DNA of 63,428 nucleotides, the filler included, from Octopus bimaculoides (taxonomy: Eukaryota), in NCBI RefSeq assembly GCF_001194135.2. It is 6 parts of 6 records of this genome, joined end to end, with 100 filler letters (N's around TTAATTAATTAA, not from the genome) between each part and the next. Parts side by side here need not be neighbours in the genome. Positions count along the whole stretch, not along the records: positions 1 to 22,554 come from NC_068996.1; 5 more parts are not named here. One strand, written 5' to 3'. The notes under the pieces were generated by a model, which saw only the letters and a program-made list of their open reading frames with translations, had not been told where the DNA came from and searched no databases. The translations under genes and the position numbers were made by a program. Below, piece by piece: positions 1-13,810 of this stretch (the stretch's first letter is position 1; every line of letters starts with the position of its first letter).

Positions 1-114
1 GAGAGTATACAAGTTGTTATACAACTTTGTATATAAAATAAACTTTACAAACAAACTTTTTAAAACATAAAAAGGCAAAACTTACGGAGCCGACACGTCT
101 ACCGTCCGTCCATA

Positions 115-398
<284 letters not shown>

Positions 399-789
399 AC
401 AAGACATAATAAAGAAGAATGGAGATTTATACATCTTCAAAACTTGTTTATTACATGAGTGTCATAATATCCGTTTATGTAGCATTTATGTGTATTTTGT
501 TTAATTTGCAGTATATATTCCTCCAGGGTAGACATTCCTATGGAACTTCACCAATCTACACGGGTACAAACTTAAATAAAGCTTCATAAGAATGTCTAAC
601 TTGAATCAATATGTACTTCAAATAAAATAACTAAATGGACATAAATAGTAAATCAACGGACATTAAAATACTACTGCAGCAGAAAAACGTGGCGGGCTAA
701 AATATTCAAATAATCAAGTTTTGAAAATGTATAATACTCCAGTCTTCTTTATGTCGTCTTTATACGGCATACTCTGTATGTGTATAAAA

Positions 790-1010
790 TCCAAGCTCCA
801 CTGCTTCCTAACAGGTCCATATCATCAGCAAAGTTCAGGTTGAAAATGGACCGTCCTCCAGTGGAGACAGAAGGGTGGAGAGTCTCTTGCATGATGTTCT
901 TCAGGAAGATGTTACAGAGCAATGGAGAGAGGAGACATCCTTATCCAGCATCCACTGTTGTTCTGAAGAAAACTGCGATGTTGGTGTTGAGGAGAAAATT
1001 GTTTGCGTTC
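790..1010 (-). mobile_element. Non-LTR (RTE-like) reverse transcriptase fragment, degenerate
   Basis: Minus strand reads FFRTTVDAG*GCLLSPLLCNIFLKNIMQETLHPSVSTGGRSIFNLNFADDMDLLGS, matching the QG..LSP.LF and FADD motifs of LINE RT. Confidence 0.75.
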
Positions 1011-1891
1011 CACATCTCAAAGACAGTATTTCCTTTGGGAAGATTGAAGGTTGTCAGTATAGGTGTTATTGTCACTGTTGTTGTCATCCCAGTTGCACAT
1101 CGGTCGCCTCCACCTTGGGGGGAAATATAAGTAGGGATGGCGGTCGTTCGTTTACCGGACCTCCGATGATCCGGCATGTTAAGTGTTGTTTTTGTGTCTA
1201 TTATGGTATTTCAGTGGACCTTAGAAATGCTCGGTAGTGCCAATCTCCTCTCCAAGTGTTCAGCTTAGCCTGCGAGCAGAACGAGTTACCAGGGTGTGGC
1301 TGAGAATGGTCTCGGTGAAAAAAGTGAGAGCCAGGAGAGAACCAGTTTACCTATTCGTCACTAACAACGCTGCCATTGGAAGCCAAGATATTCTCTCAAC
1401 TCGAACACCCAATGTGCAGTACAGCTACACCATAAACTCTGAAACTTACTTTAGTAAAGCTGTAAAATGGTAAGGCACCAGAGAGATACGTAATAATCGG
1501 ATTCGGGCGCATGTGCACTAATGTGTGTTTGTGTATAGCTACATATTTTCAAAACAAAAATGGAAAAATCGGTATTCGAATACCAAAGTTAAGCGTATAA
1601 GCTGTGTGAACTATTACTTCGAGTTTCACGTTAATGATATTCATAAAAATATTATATTATCTTATGTTTTATAAGCACGCGCGCGCGCGCTGGATAGTCA
1701 CTGAAGAGATCAAAGGTGCGTGATGGGAGACTTCCAGACAATGGACATAAAATAAGAACAATAATAAACAAGTGAAGAATGTATGTATAGTGCGTGTGTT
1801 TATTTGGCCCAAAAATGATCCTTCCGAAATATGACAATATCTGTTTCAACACGCGATTTCACATCAGGAGTTTCGCAAAGCAAATACATAA

Positions 1892-1964
<73 letters not shown>

Positions 1965-2187
1965 AACACACACACACACAAGCAAGCACATAAATACAAA
2001 ACAAGGTGGAAATAATAGTTCTCGAATACCAAAGGTAGAGTAATATGCCTTCTATTGAAGCCGTAAAACATCTTCACAAAATGTTACTCAGAGATATGAT
2101 CACAACTGACCGACGAATGCGAAACTCTGAGTAACAGTTTGTGAAGATTTTTTCTGGCTTTAATAAAAAGTCTATATATATATATAA

Positions 2188-2233
<46 letters not shown>

Positions 2234-3274
2234 ACACACACACATACTTATATATACATTTATAAATATGCGTACATGAATACTTACACACACATATACA
2301 TATATATATACACATATGTTATAAATTATATATATAATATAATGTATATATATATACATACATGCATACATCCATCCATCCATCCATTCATCCATCCATA
2401 CATACATACATACATACATACATACATACATACATACATGGTGTAGGTGTTAAACAGTTTTTCTGCATGAAAACCCCGAATATTTTTACTAAATTAACGA
2501 GGACACACTTTAACATTAAGTCTGCAGATTAGAGTGTAAATAGACCAAAGAAAAAGTCCAACACTTTTTTAATAAACAATATGTAACACTCTATAACTAA
2601 AATTCCATTTATGGAATTTGCTTCTTAGCTAGAAACCAGCAACTTCTTTATAGGAATATTCCAAAATACCAATGAAGATGCGTATATAAGCATCTATACT
2701 TTTCTGTAGATGCTACATCAAAGCTATTACTTTAGATTTATATCTAGGATTAATGAGGTTTTCTTTTACATAACAAACTGCCTCATTAGAAATTTTGAGA
2801 GACTAGGCCTCACAGTTCCAGAAATGACTAAGCTAAAAAAGAAAAATTACTATTGCAAAGTCATGAATGGAACTTAAAAAAAATATTTGAAACACTCAAG
2901 GTTAGTCTGTAGAATGTATGCGAGCACACATGGGCCAACAAATAGCATTTATATATATATATATATACATATACTTCTACATATGTAAGTCAAACATACG
3001 TATTCACAGATTTAGTAATATGTATACATGGAAACAAGTAGACACATACATACGTACATACACACATACAGTATTACCCACGCGCATGCACGAATAACTA
3101 ACTCATGTGGTCTAAATTCCAATAAAGGAGCCTTAATGCTAGGCTGGACACATTTCTGTCTCTGAGAGAGAATTTGAAAACTAAAACCAGAACATACAAA
3201 CAATGAACACACATACATACGTACATTCACACACAATGCATACATGAAAACCTATATGCGCATCACGCACGCAC

Positions 3275-3349
<75 letters not shown>

Positions 3350-4490
3350 TACATTCATACTTTAAGTGTCTGAATATTTTCTTGAGTTACGCTTTTCAAA
3401 AGACTTGAATCATAAATTACTTTCTACTTTACACCGAAATTTCTGTCATCAAGAGGTTTGCTGGCAACAAATGATCTTCTGTTTTCTGAATGTTTCTTCA
3501 AGACATTAATAATGACATGATGGAAGCAATTAGCTATCTGCAAAAGCCATCACTGACTCGATGTTTATTAATGAACCATCTCTAAATACAATAATCTAAT
3601 GTTACATGTGGTCAGATCAGAATGCCTGTATCAAATCTATAAAATAAAATATTAACGTGACTATAAATTTCAACCTAACCTTCATTTGATTATCAGGACT
3701 GAAAAATTCCTGCGGTATTTAGTTGTTCTTTACGAGTTGAGTCCGGGTTGCTGAGTTCAACATCATCGACTGCACCAACCAAGACCACAGAACAAAAAGT
3801 GTCGTCTTGTTCATTTGTTAAGAACAAATATTTATATGTTTTTTTTTAATAGATAGCAGAACCGACAGAGTGTAAAATAGCATTGGTCTTTTACAACGGA
3901 AAGACCAGTAGTATTTAATTGAGTTCCTTTTACATGGTCAATAAAGACATAAACGAAGCAACGAGTAATCGGACTAATCAATTATATCTCCCATAGGACC
4001 TCTGAACTTGTGCTTATGTAATAAATGACCATCATTATTATTGTTATTTAGGCTGAGACAGATCTAATATTTTGGGTTGAATGATATCTAGAATTACCTC
4101 TTACATATCACACGTGAAAAAACAAAAACTGGTTAAAAAAATAAAATGGTATCCTTTATTTATTTTCCCGTGTTGATTTACAGCAACAGTATGTATCTGT
4201 CTAAGACAGCATGCATTCATCTTCAGAATTTTCCTTCTTTCCATCTTTACTTTAAAAACAGTGCAGACTGTTTTGACACTTAAACATAGCAAATTGCGTG
4301 TATGTGTGCGTATGTGAGCGAGTCGGTGTGGGTATGACTATGTGCACACGCACACACTTGTGTGCAATGCCTAAATGTATATATAATTATGTGTATGAAT
4401 CAAGGTGCTTCTTTGTACATTTATATACACACAAATTCCAATGTATATACATGCATATATAGAGACTCACGTACACATATATATCAATAA

Positions 4491-4535
<45 letters not shown>

Positions 4536-5927
4536 TTATATACATANNNNNNNNNNNNNNNNNNNNNNNNNNNNNNNNNNNNNNNNNNNNNNNNNNNNNN
4601 NNNNNNNNNNNNNNNNNNNNNNNNNNNNNNNNNNNNNNNNNNNNNNNNNNNNNNNNNNNNNNNNNNNNNNNNNNNNNNNNNNNNNNNNNNNNNNNNNNNN
4701 NNNNNNNNNNNNNNNNNNNNNNNNNNNNNNNNNNNNNNNNNNNNNNNNNNNNNNNNNNNNNNNNNNNNNNNNNNNNNNNNNNNNNNNNNNNNNNNNNNNN
4801 NNNNNNNNNNNNNNNNNNNNNNNNNNNNNNNNNNNNNNNNNNNNNNNNNNNNNNNNNNNNNNNNNNNNNNNNNNNNNNNNNNNNNNNNNNNNNNNNNNNN
4901 NNNNNNNNNNNNNNNNNNNNNNNNNNNNNNNNNNNNNNNNNNNNNNNNNNNNNNNNNNNNNNNNNNNNNNNNNNNNNNNNNNNNNNNNNNNNNNNNNNNN
5001 NNNNNNNNNNNNNNNNNNNNNNNNNNNNNNNNNNNNNNNNNNNNNNNNNNNNNNNNNNNNNNNNNNNNNNNNNNNNNNNNNNNNNNNNNNNNNNNNNNNN
5101 NNNNNNNNNNTATATATATATATATATATATATATATTCTTTTATTCTTTTACATGTTTCAGTCATTTGACTGCGGCCATGCTAGAGCACCGCCTTTAAA
5201 ATGGTGTGTACAGGATGGCACCAGTGGTTTCAAGGTTAAGAACAGTCTAGCAGTAAAATTCAGATTACACGAGGATACAACAGAGGTAGAATAAACAAAA
5301 AAGTACTCCGTCCAGTGAGAGATAGCTTTCAGTTTAAATACACAGCTAAAAGAGCTACTAATATTATCATGCTTTTATTATACTTGAACAGGCAGATTTA
5401 TAAAATAAATGCCATGTACTTTGAAGCAATCTCTCAGGTTCTGTTTGTGCGTTATATATATTCTTAAAAGTAAGGATGTCGGACAGTAAAAAATAAGAAA
5501 AACACACGGAAAAGACGTAGAGAAGGCTGGTGCCAAAAAAAGACTGGTAAAAAGGGAAACGAAATCGAGAAAACTAAGATCTCTTAGACTTTGACATATT
5601 TTCTGTTAATTTGTTCAGAATCAGTTGTATTTAATGAGTTTTCTGCAATGAAGGAGGACGAGCATCTTAGTTTTAATGATTTCATTTATTTTTATTCCTT
5701 CCATTTTTGCCCCAAACTTCATGTTTTTCCTACGTTTTTCCATTTCTTTTTTACCGTCCTTGTTTTTAAAAGTTATATATATCGCATAAACAGAGCCTGA
5801 AGGATTGCCTTTAGATGCATGTCGTATTTTGTAAATATGCCTGTTCAAGTATCATAATCGCATGGAACTATTAGTTGCTCATTCGGTTGTGTATTTAATT
5901 TATCTCTCTCTCTCTCTCTTTCTCTCA

Positions 5928-5999
<72 letters not shown>

Positions 6000-6050
6000 C
6001 CCTCTCCCTCTCTCTCTCTCTCTTTCTCTTTCTCTTTATCTCTCTCTCTA

Positions 6051-6441
6051 TGTGGTAAGTAGCTTGCTTACCAACCACATGGTCCCGGGTTCAGTCCCAC
6101 TGCGTGGCATCTTGGGCAAGTGTCTTCTACTATAGCCTCGGGCCGACCAATGCCTTGTGAGTGGATTTGGTAGACGGAAACTGAAAGAAGCCTGTCGTAT
6201 ATATGTATATATATATGTATGTGTGTATGTGTTTGTATGTCTGTGTTTGTCCCCCCAACATCGCTTGACAACCGATGCTGGTGTGTTTATGTCCCTGTAA
6301 CTTAGCGGTTCGGCAAAAGAGACCGAAAGAATAAGTACTAGGCTTCCAAAGAATAAGTCCTGGGGTCGATTTGCTCGACTAAAGGCGGTGCTCCAGCATG
6401 GCCACAGTCAAAAGACTGAAACAAGTAAAAGAGTAAAAGAG
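6051..6441 (+). mobile_element. SINE family A (tRNA head, CORE-like CTTGGGCAAGT, internal microsatellite, GTAAAAGA tail), near full length
   Basis: Box A-like TGTGGTAAG and box B-like GGGTTCAGTCCC, then CTTGGGCAAGTG; homologous segments recur more than 10 times in the window. Confidence 0.85.
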
Positions 6442-7394
6442 TATATATATATACATATATATTCATTCATATGTGTGTGTATTCTTTGACAGTTTACATC
6501 GCGTTACTAAAATGTTCATGTAAAAACCACAGTACAGGCAACTGATACATCCCTGAAGGATAATAGATTTAGACAAAAATTAGTCGCATAAAAAACAAGT
6601 TTCCCGATTTATAGAACCCAAACTCCGAACCCTAACCTCAATACAATGTGCTTGTATTCTCTACATAGCTTTGATGTTGAAATTCAAATTTGCCAAGAAA
6701 TTTTAAACTCTGACCCGGAAATATCTGCTCGCATGACAAACAATATTGCATAATACTTAGCAGGTCTAACTCAATGGCTAACTATGGTCACATGCATAAC
6801 ATGGGAAACATCATCCTTGGTAGCTAGTCACTGAAACCACTTGTTTTAAGACTCGTGAAACCAGTTTCGTGGGCATTCATCCAAATAATCTTGTCATCTG
6901 AACAGGTATCTACAATTGTCAAAATTAATGTTAACCTCTTTGGAAAATTTATGCAACGCTGAATTGCTGATGTACGAACCCATAGTGTCAGTCTCTGTAG
7001 AGATAATTCCTGATTATATGTTTCGCACATATCAGAATGTGAGAGTTCAGCTTCAAAAGTTGGTAATTAAATAAAAGCATACCTTTAGACATAAAGACAA
7101 AAGGAACAACTACATATGGAATTCGAAAGATCACAATATTGACAATTCAAACAGCACTTCGTTAGCCTAATAGTCTACACTCCAGCAGCAAGTATATCAT
7201 TTATGCGAATTTTCTGGCCTCTACAAATACTTCATTATCACTAGACAACAGAAAATTTAACAGAAAATCAGAGCTAATTTCCAAGTGACATCAGGAAAAG
7301 AAGCTGTATTATTCAAAACCATCAGAGCTATTCAACCTCACTAAATGTTTAAGATCTTGACATAAAATCAACAGTTTTAAGGGAATAAGTAAGA

Positions 7395-7562
7395 CGATTA
7401 CAACGCCCCCTAGTGCTCAGCTGGTACATATTTTATCGGTGCCGAAAGAATGAAAAAGCAAAGTAGACCTCGTCTGTATTTGAACTCAGAACGTGACGAG
7501 TCGGAAGAAATATTACAAAGAATCGTTTCTGACCCTCAAACAATTCTGCCACTTTGCCGCCT
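7395..7562 (-). mobile_element. SINE family B, degenerate
   Basis: Reverse complement matches the copies at 40288-40720 (GGCGGCGAGCTGGCAG...GAGTTCAAAT...CGAGGTCGACTTTG). Confidence 0.7.
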
Positions 7563-8288
7563 TTTTCATCCAGACTTATTATAAATATCCGTAAAACCGA
7601 AAGTTTTTAAACCACTGTCCCTTACGAAAGGCAGTTATGTTTTAATCAAAACAATAAAATTCGATGTGAGATACCGATCGACAGTGTATACATTTCACTG
7701 TTAATTCTGAACGAGGAATTTTCAAGGGAGAGACAAGAAAATACTAAAAGTAGATACAATGTCATTACAAATTCAAATATGCTTGTGGTACATTCGAACT
7801 CGTAAGCAAACCATTCGCTGTATTTTATCATGAAGAACATTTCTCGCTGAGAAAAGCATCAACAAAAACATAAAATAAAATAAACGTATAAAAGAAATTA
7901 ACTCCAGAACTTGAATGAGAGAAGTACCTTCCTGAAAGAAAATTTTATCTACATATGTGTGTATAAGGATGGATATATGAAGAACTCGTACGAAAAAAAA
8001 AGGTAAAAAAAAGACTAAAACAGACAAGTAAAAATATGTCCAAGGAATAGAAATAGATTGAAAGAGACAAGATCCAAGTTAATGTGAGAACGAGAAAAGA
8101 TAAAGAGGGTGAAAATAGAATAAAAGGAGAAAGAGAAACTGTAAATCTTTTATGCGAGTTAATGAATAGTTTACTACGTAAGGATTTTACCCAGAATGAG
8201 CATTTTCAACTATCGAGCCTAAAGAGTTATGGGTTTTTAGTTGTCGCTATGCCTAAGCGAAACAAAAATATAGATAGATAGATAGATT

Positions 8289-8340
<52 letters not shown>

Positions 8341-8354
8341 NNNNNNNNNNNNNN

Positions 8355-8406
<52 letters not shown>

Positions 8407-8889
8407 AAATGGAGTTTTCGTCAGTTGACGTAATTTAGTAGGTATGTACTATGAGTGCGCCTTTTGGTTTACCACTAAAACTGCTAAGGATGCCTATCAA
8501 AGACGGCTAGGATTGGTTTCTCTTTGAACGGGTAGATATAAATTAAAATATAAATAAAAAGGCAAAACATTCGGCATTTCTCGAAAAGAAAAGAATAATT
8601 TAATTCAGATAGAAAATATAAACAGATGGAATCTCTTACAACTGTTTCTAGAATAGCCAAGCATGTGGATCATGATATTGAGTAAGGTTTTCATTGGCTG
8701 AGTATTCCATCATCAAAGAGGGAGAAGTCTGAAAAAAGTAAAAATGAATATCCCCAATCGAGGAAATTAGTATTTTCCAGTTTATCAACAATGAAGGAAG
8801 GATCACAGTAAAATGGATATGCGTTACGGAATTCCATGATCGAATAAATAATTAAGTTCCAATTAATGATAATCCATGGCAAGAAAAAG

Positions 8890-11490
8890 CGAAAGTTACC
8901 AGTTCCAGTTTTTGAAGAGAGAGTGAATTAGAGTCGAGTAGGAATTATATACTACAATGTAAAAGAAAGACAGAATGTTAGGTGCACTATAATAGATAAT
9001 ACTAGTCTGTATTGTGGGAGGTCTAAAACAGACTACACAAAAACAGACTAAGGAACCAAGTTGGAAAAGGAACATAGAAGGGGACATCAACATGCTTAGG
9101 CAAGATATTAATATTCTGGAATGAAGAAAATGAGATGAATTAAGAAAAAGGGGAAAAATTGAACAACTTACAGGGAAGTACAGTATGAGAAGAAAGAAGA
9201 TTACTACCGTATTTGAAGAGCTAAGACAAAGGGTACATGCCAAAGTTGCAAAGATCAAGAAGTATGAACAAAGGGTCACGCAGTATAAACAAAAAGCAAG
9301 TTTTCAACCAAATCAGAAGACGTTCTACAAGAAGATGAATGGTATGGTTAGGAATGGTATGGTTAGGAATGGTATGGTTAGGAACGGTATGGTTAGGAAT
9401 GGTATGGTTTGGAATGGTATGGTTAGTAATCCTTGATGCAAATGAAAGTCAGAAGTTTTAGAGGGATATCTGGAGTGTATGAAAAGGGCACAATAGAAGT
9501 GTGGAGTGGTTGATAATCCCATGTAGAAAGATGCCAAATTGAAAAGCTCCTGGCAAAGATGTGGTGCAAGGGTTCTGGTTGAAAAAAGCTGAGGGCCCTT
9601 CACGGGAGAATTGCTGAACAACTGAATAAGATCTTGAATGGAGAAGAGAGACTGCTATAATGACTAACCTTTGAGAGAAAGATATTGTGCTTGAATAACC
9701 CCAGCAAAGGAAATACAGTTGACAATTTTAGACCAGTCTCTTGCCTCCTCATGTGCTTGTCAGGTGGCATTGTACGAATATCTGGAGGAGCAGATGGGCT
9801 AAAGATCAGTTGTTGATTGATATGACGATACTTGAAGGTTGAAAAAGGAGGCGCACAAACATTGCCGTAGCTTGGATTGATTATTACAAGGTTTAGTGGA
9901 TAGTGGAATGTTTGGAAATGTGGCATTGAAGCAAACATTAGATAGTTTCTCGTATTGATAGATAGGAGACTGAGCTGATATAATGTAGACAGATATAGTG
10001 ATTTGTGAAGAATATTTCAGGGAGACCAGTCTTCCGCTTTTGTTATTTGTATTGTGAATGGTTCCACTTTCATTAGTATTGAGAAGGCCAAAGGTTGGTT
10101 ACGAGTAAGGAAGACGCATGAATTTAAGATAAACCATCTGCTGTTGATGAATGACCTAAAACTCTTAGGAAAATCCTATGAAAAGATTGTACCGCAGACA
10201 CTACATACATTCAGCATGGACATAGGGGTGGAATTTGGCATAAAAACTGTTGGGCATTACTACTGAAGATAGGTAGAATTGATAAGTTGAAAGGAATTAT
10301 ATTGCCAGATTGGCAAATTATGGAGGAAACGCGTATAATTATTTAGGCATCCTGGAAACAGACCAAATGAAAGAGCTGTTACCTAATGAATATAAATGGA
10401 GACTGAAATTGGTATTAAAGACAAAGTTGATTGGTAAGAATAAGATACTGGCTGTCAACACATGGGCCGTTGCAGCTCTAAGGTAAATGCAACTCTAACG
10501 ATAATGATGACACTACAACAGGCTCCAAACTCCAAAAGTGACGTGGACAGGTTGTATCTATCGCAACAGAGAGAATGAGAAAAAGGTCTCACGAGCTGTG
10601 AAATGTGTGTGAAGTCTGAGGAAAATAATTTGGCAAGGTAAGTAAAGAATTCAAAGTAGAGATTGGTGGCAAAAGTAAGAAAGATAAAAGTCTTGAGAGG
10701 TCATGAAGCAAAGAAAAAGGGCGAATTTAAACAAGATAGACAGAATGACACCTTGCATAGATACGAAAGAAATGTATGGTCAATTCCTACGGGACATGCC
10801 TGAAACAGTTTACAAAGATAAGATCTAGGAATGGTCTACGAAAAGTTGAAATTGAAGCCCTTATTTTCGTAGTCGAACATGCAGTGAGAAGGAACTATAA
10901 CAAATTCAATATTCCCTATTTTGTAAGTTGTGTAGTGAGAAACCCGAAACAATAAACCATATTATTAGTGAATGTAAGGTGCTACCACAGAAAGAGTACG
11001 AGAAGAGGCACGACAACATTACAAAATTGGTTCACTGGAAGATCTGTCTTAAGTAGAGTATGGGCAGAAGTGAGAAATGGTATGAGAATCAACCAGAAAG
11101 GACTGCTGGAAACGAACAGTATAAGATCTTGTGGGACTTGACCATCCAGTGTGGTCACCTTATATTGGCTAGAAAACCTGGCATTGTTGTCGCACAAAGG
11201 AAGAACAAAACAATTATTGTTTATGCGCTTCACTGTGGTACTATAGGGTGAATGAGAAACCAAGTGAGAAAGTTGGGAAATATCAGGAGCTGAAGAGGGA
11301 AATCGGGAAACAATGGAGAATCCGGCATAGAGAAATCATACCGATTGTGGTTGACGCACTGGAAGCAGTTATTAAAAGGTGAGATGCATGGTTTGAGAAG
11401 CTAGGAATTAACACCAGAACGGGGGGAGGCTGTTGCAGAAAACAATCTTCTTAGTAACAGCAAAAGATTCTGAGGAGGGTGTTAAAATGT
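8890..11490 (+). mobile_element. R4/Dong-like non-LTR retrotransposon (RT + CCHC finger + restriction-like endonuclease), heavily frameshifted
   Basis: Fragments [42 protein letters not shown] (YMDD position), CKLCSEKPETINHIISECK, KRHD, ILWDLTIQC..RKPGIVV, KYQEL..IPIVVDAL occur in canonical order. Confidence 0.85.
9338..9427 (+). repeat. 15-bp minisatellite AATGGTATGGTTAGG x6 inside the LINE ORF
   Basis: Six tandem units with three variant positions; translates as (NGMVR)n. Confidence 0.95.
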
Positions 11491-11744
11491 TGAAAGAGAA
11501 GGAATGACCAAAAGGTATTCTGGTCACTGGATATAGCCCGCTCTTTTGGTATAGTGTCAGTATAATATCCGCCAAAGGAAAAGCGTCACGGATAATAATA
11601 GTAATCATAATAATAATAATAACAACGACGACGACAATGACAACAGCAGCAGCAGCAGCAACAACAACAACAACAACAACAACAACGACGACGACAACAA
11701 CAACAACAACAATAATAATAATAATTATAATAATAAAGTGATTT

Positions 11745-12416
11745 AAAACCAGAAACGGAGGCTGTAATCTGTGCTGCCCAAGAGCAAGCACTAAGAACAA
11801 ACTACATAAAATACAGAATAGACAACACAGCAGAAAGTGGTAAGTGCAGAATCTGTGGACAAAACGGTGAGACCGTATGGCATATTACCAGCCAATGTAC
11901 GCCACGATCCCAGAAGGAATATCAAGAGACGCCACGACAATATAGCCAGGCTTGTCCATTGGACACTCTGCAACAGGTATGGACTTGACAGAGCAAAAAA
12001 TTGGTATGATCACAAACCTGAAGGCATCGTCGACAATAGAAATGCAAAGATCCTGTGAGATTTTATGATTCAGTGCGACCCTGAGATAGAGAATAGGAAG
12101 CCGGACATAGTCGTAAATGAGAAAGAAAACAAACGATGCTGGGTCATAGATATAGCATTCCCAGCTGACAACAAGGTATGCGATAAGTAAGGAAAGTCGA
12201 GAGATATGACAGGTTAGCTTGGGAGGTTAAGCAGTTGTGGTCGATGAAAAAGGTAGCAGTAGTACCAATAATTGTCGGAGCCCTGGGAACAGTAAGCAAA
12301 TATCTCGAATACTCCAGAAGGTACTCGAAAAATAAGAGGTGTTGCCTTAGTTCACTGATAGCAAACAGCTGACACTGTAATACATCTCCAGCGTTAGAAG
12401 CTGTGCAAAGGCAATC

Positions 12417-12470
<54 letters not shown>
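11745..12470 (+). mobile_element. Second, 5'-truncated R4/Dong-like element (CCHC + RLE + 3' UTR + (TAA)n tail)
   Basis: KPETEAVICAAQEQALRTNYIKYRID..KCRICGQNGETVWHITSQC..KRRHD..KIL*DFMIQCD..RKPDIVV..CWVIDIAFP..VPIIVGALG, ending in (TAA)n. Confidence 0.9.
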
Positions 12471-12471
<1 letters not shown>

Positions 12472-12474
<3 letters not shown>

Positions 12475-12630
12475 TTGAAAAATACCTTAGGAATGAGAAT
12501 CCAGGTTCGAAATTTCCCCCAAAACACCTGATGAAGGCTGGAGGGTATATCAGCTGAAATGTTGTGTTAACAATAAACAAGATGAGGATAAATATCTATC
12601 AAATGTAAATAATATAAATAATGTACATAA
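12472..12630 (+). mobile_element. Probable Penelope-like terminal-repeat fragment carrying a hammerhead-like motif
   Basis: Contains AACAC-CTGATGA-A-GGCTG..CAGCT-GAAA-TGT-T-GTGTT; attribution to PLEs is inference from known minimal hammerheads in PLE repeats. Confidence 0.5.
12523..12568 (+). ncRNA. Minimal type I hammerhead ribozyme-like motif (degenerate)
   Basis: Intact CTGATGA and GAAA cores, 5-bp stem I, 5-bp stem II, loopless stem III ATGT (probably from ACGT). Confidence 0.55.
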
Positions 12631-12937
12631 TGAAGAAGAAGAATCCTTTTTATAATATGAAGAAGGCCTGAAATTTTGGGGAGGGTGGTAGTCGTTTGCA
12701 TCGACTCAAGGGCTCAACTGGTGCTTATTTTATCGATCACCATAATGATTCCTGAATTTTCGGAATCACTATGGTGATTTAAAAATTGAAAAACAGCGAT
12801 TTATATCATGGCTAGGAGATAACGGTTTGCTCCCGTCGAGGTCTCAAGATGGTTCCATTTCTTTGTGCATGCATTCCTCACTTTGTCTCTGAGAAGAGGA
12901 CCTTCGAACATCTCCGAGTATTTAGATTTATCTTAGG

Positions 12938-12987
<50 letters not shown>

Positions 12988-13549
12988 GTTTTTGTCTCAG
13001 TTATTTGGCGGCGGTGCTCCCGCATGGCCGCACTATGCTGGAGCACCGCCTTTTTAGTTGAACAAATCGACACCAGGACTTATTCTTTGTATGTATATAT
13101 ATATATATANNNNNNNNNNNNNNNNNNNNNNNNNNNNNNNNNNNNNNNNNNNNNNNNNNNNNNNNNNNNNNNNNNNNNNNNNNNNNNNNNNNNNNNNNNN
13201 NNNNNNNNNNNNNNNNNNNNNNNNNNNNNNNNNNNNNNNNNNNNNNNNNNNNNNNNNNNNNNNNNNNNNNNNNNNNNNNNNNNNNNNNNNNNNNNNNNNN
13301 NNNNNNNNNNNNNNNNNNNNNNNNNNNNNNNNNNNNNNNNNNNNNNNNNNNNNNNNNNNNNNNNNNNNNNNNNNNNNNNNNNNNNNNNNNNNNNNNNNNN
13401 NNNNNNNNNNNNNNNNNNNNNNNNNNNNNNNNNNNNNNNNNNNNNNNNNNNNNNNNNNNNNNNNNNNNNNNNNNNNNNNNNNNNNNNNNNNNNNNNNNNN
13501 NNNNNNNNNNNNNNNNNNNNNNNNNNNNNNNNNNNNNNNNNNNNNNNNN

Positions 13550-13619
<70 letters not shown>

Positions 13620-13689
13620 CTCTACTGTGGCTATGTCGTTCCCTATTTCCATGAGTCTATCCCAGTCTTTGGAAACGTGCTAGACTATG

Positions 13690-13810
13690 ATCATCGCCCA
13701 CTAACCCTTCAAAAGAGCAACAGTTCTGACCCTGCCAGTTGCCTAACTATTGCCCCTCTTCCAACATATCAAAGATGTCAGAAAGTCTGTAAACAAGACT
13801 TTTTTCATCA
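13690..13810 (+). mobile_element. Possible CR1/L2-like RT N-terminal fragment
   Basis: Patchy translation resembling FKKSNSSDPA..PIAL.SNISKMSE, compared with KKG..SDP.NYRPIALTS..SK.ME. Confidence 0.35.

Noticed and set aside
1676-1690. (CG)n run with Z-DNA potential
   Set aside because: Too short and isolated to support a feature.
1700-1730. CTGAAGA motif suggestive of a hammerhead core
   Set aside because: No closing stem II plus GAAA downstream.
1835-1885. Minus-strand CTGATGT...GAAAC hammerhead-like pattern
   Set aside because: Core A9 is altered, and stems I and II do not pair convincingly.
1794-2446. HT-, CV-, YI-, YLSI- and VRSF-repeat ORFs here and throughout the window
   Set aside because: Translations of di- and tetranucleotide microsatellites; no domain content.
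2710-2877. 56-codon ATG ORF after a TTTCTGTAG site
   Set aside because: No recognisable homology; expected by chance in AT-rich DNA.
4387-5294. Long ORFs of 200-530 aa spanning N runs (also near 13000, 20700, 37000, 41000, 43200, 44700 and 47000)
   Set aside because: They are open only because N codons are not stops; the real flanks are (AT)n/(GT)n microsatellites.
6824-7030. 68-aa minus-strand ORF in unique sequence
   Set aside because: No motif, no convincing splice sites, no partner exons.
12736-12778. Small 17-bp-stem hairpin and a nearby CTGAGAA..TTCGAAC motif at about 12885
   Set aside because: The hairpin is short, and the second motif lacks both hammerhead cores.
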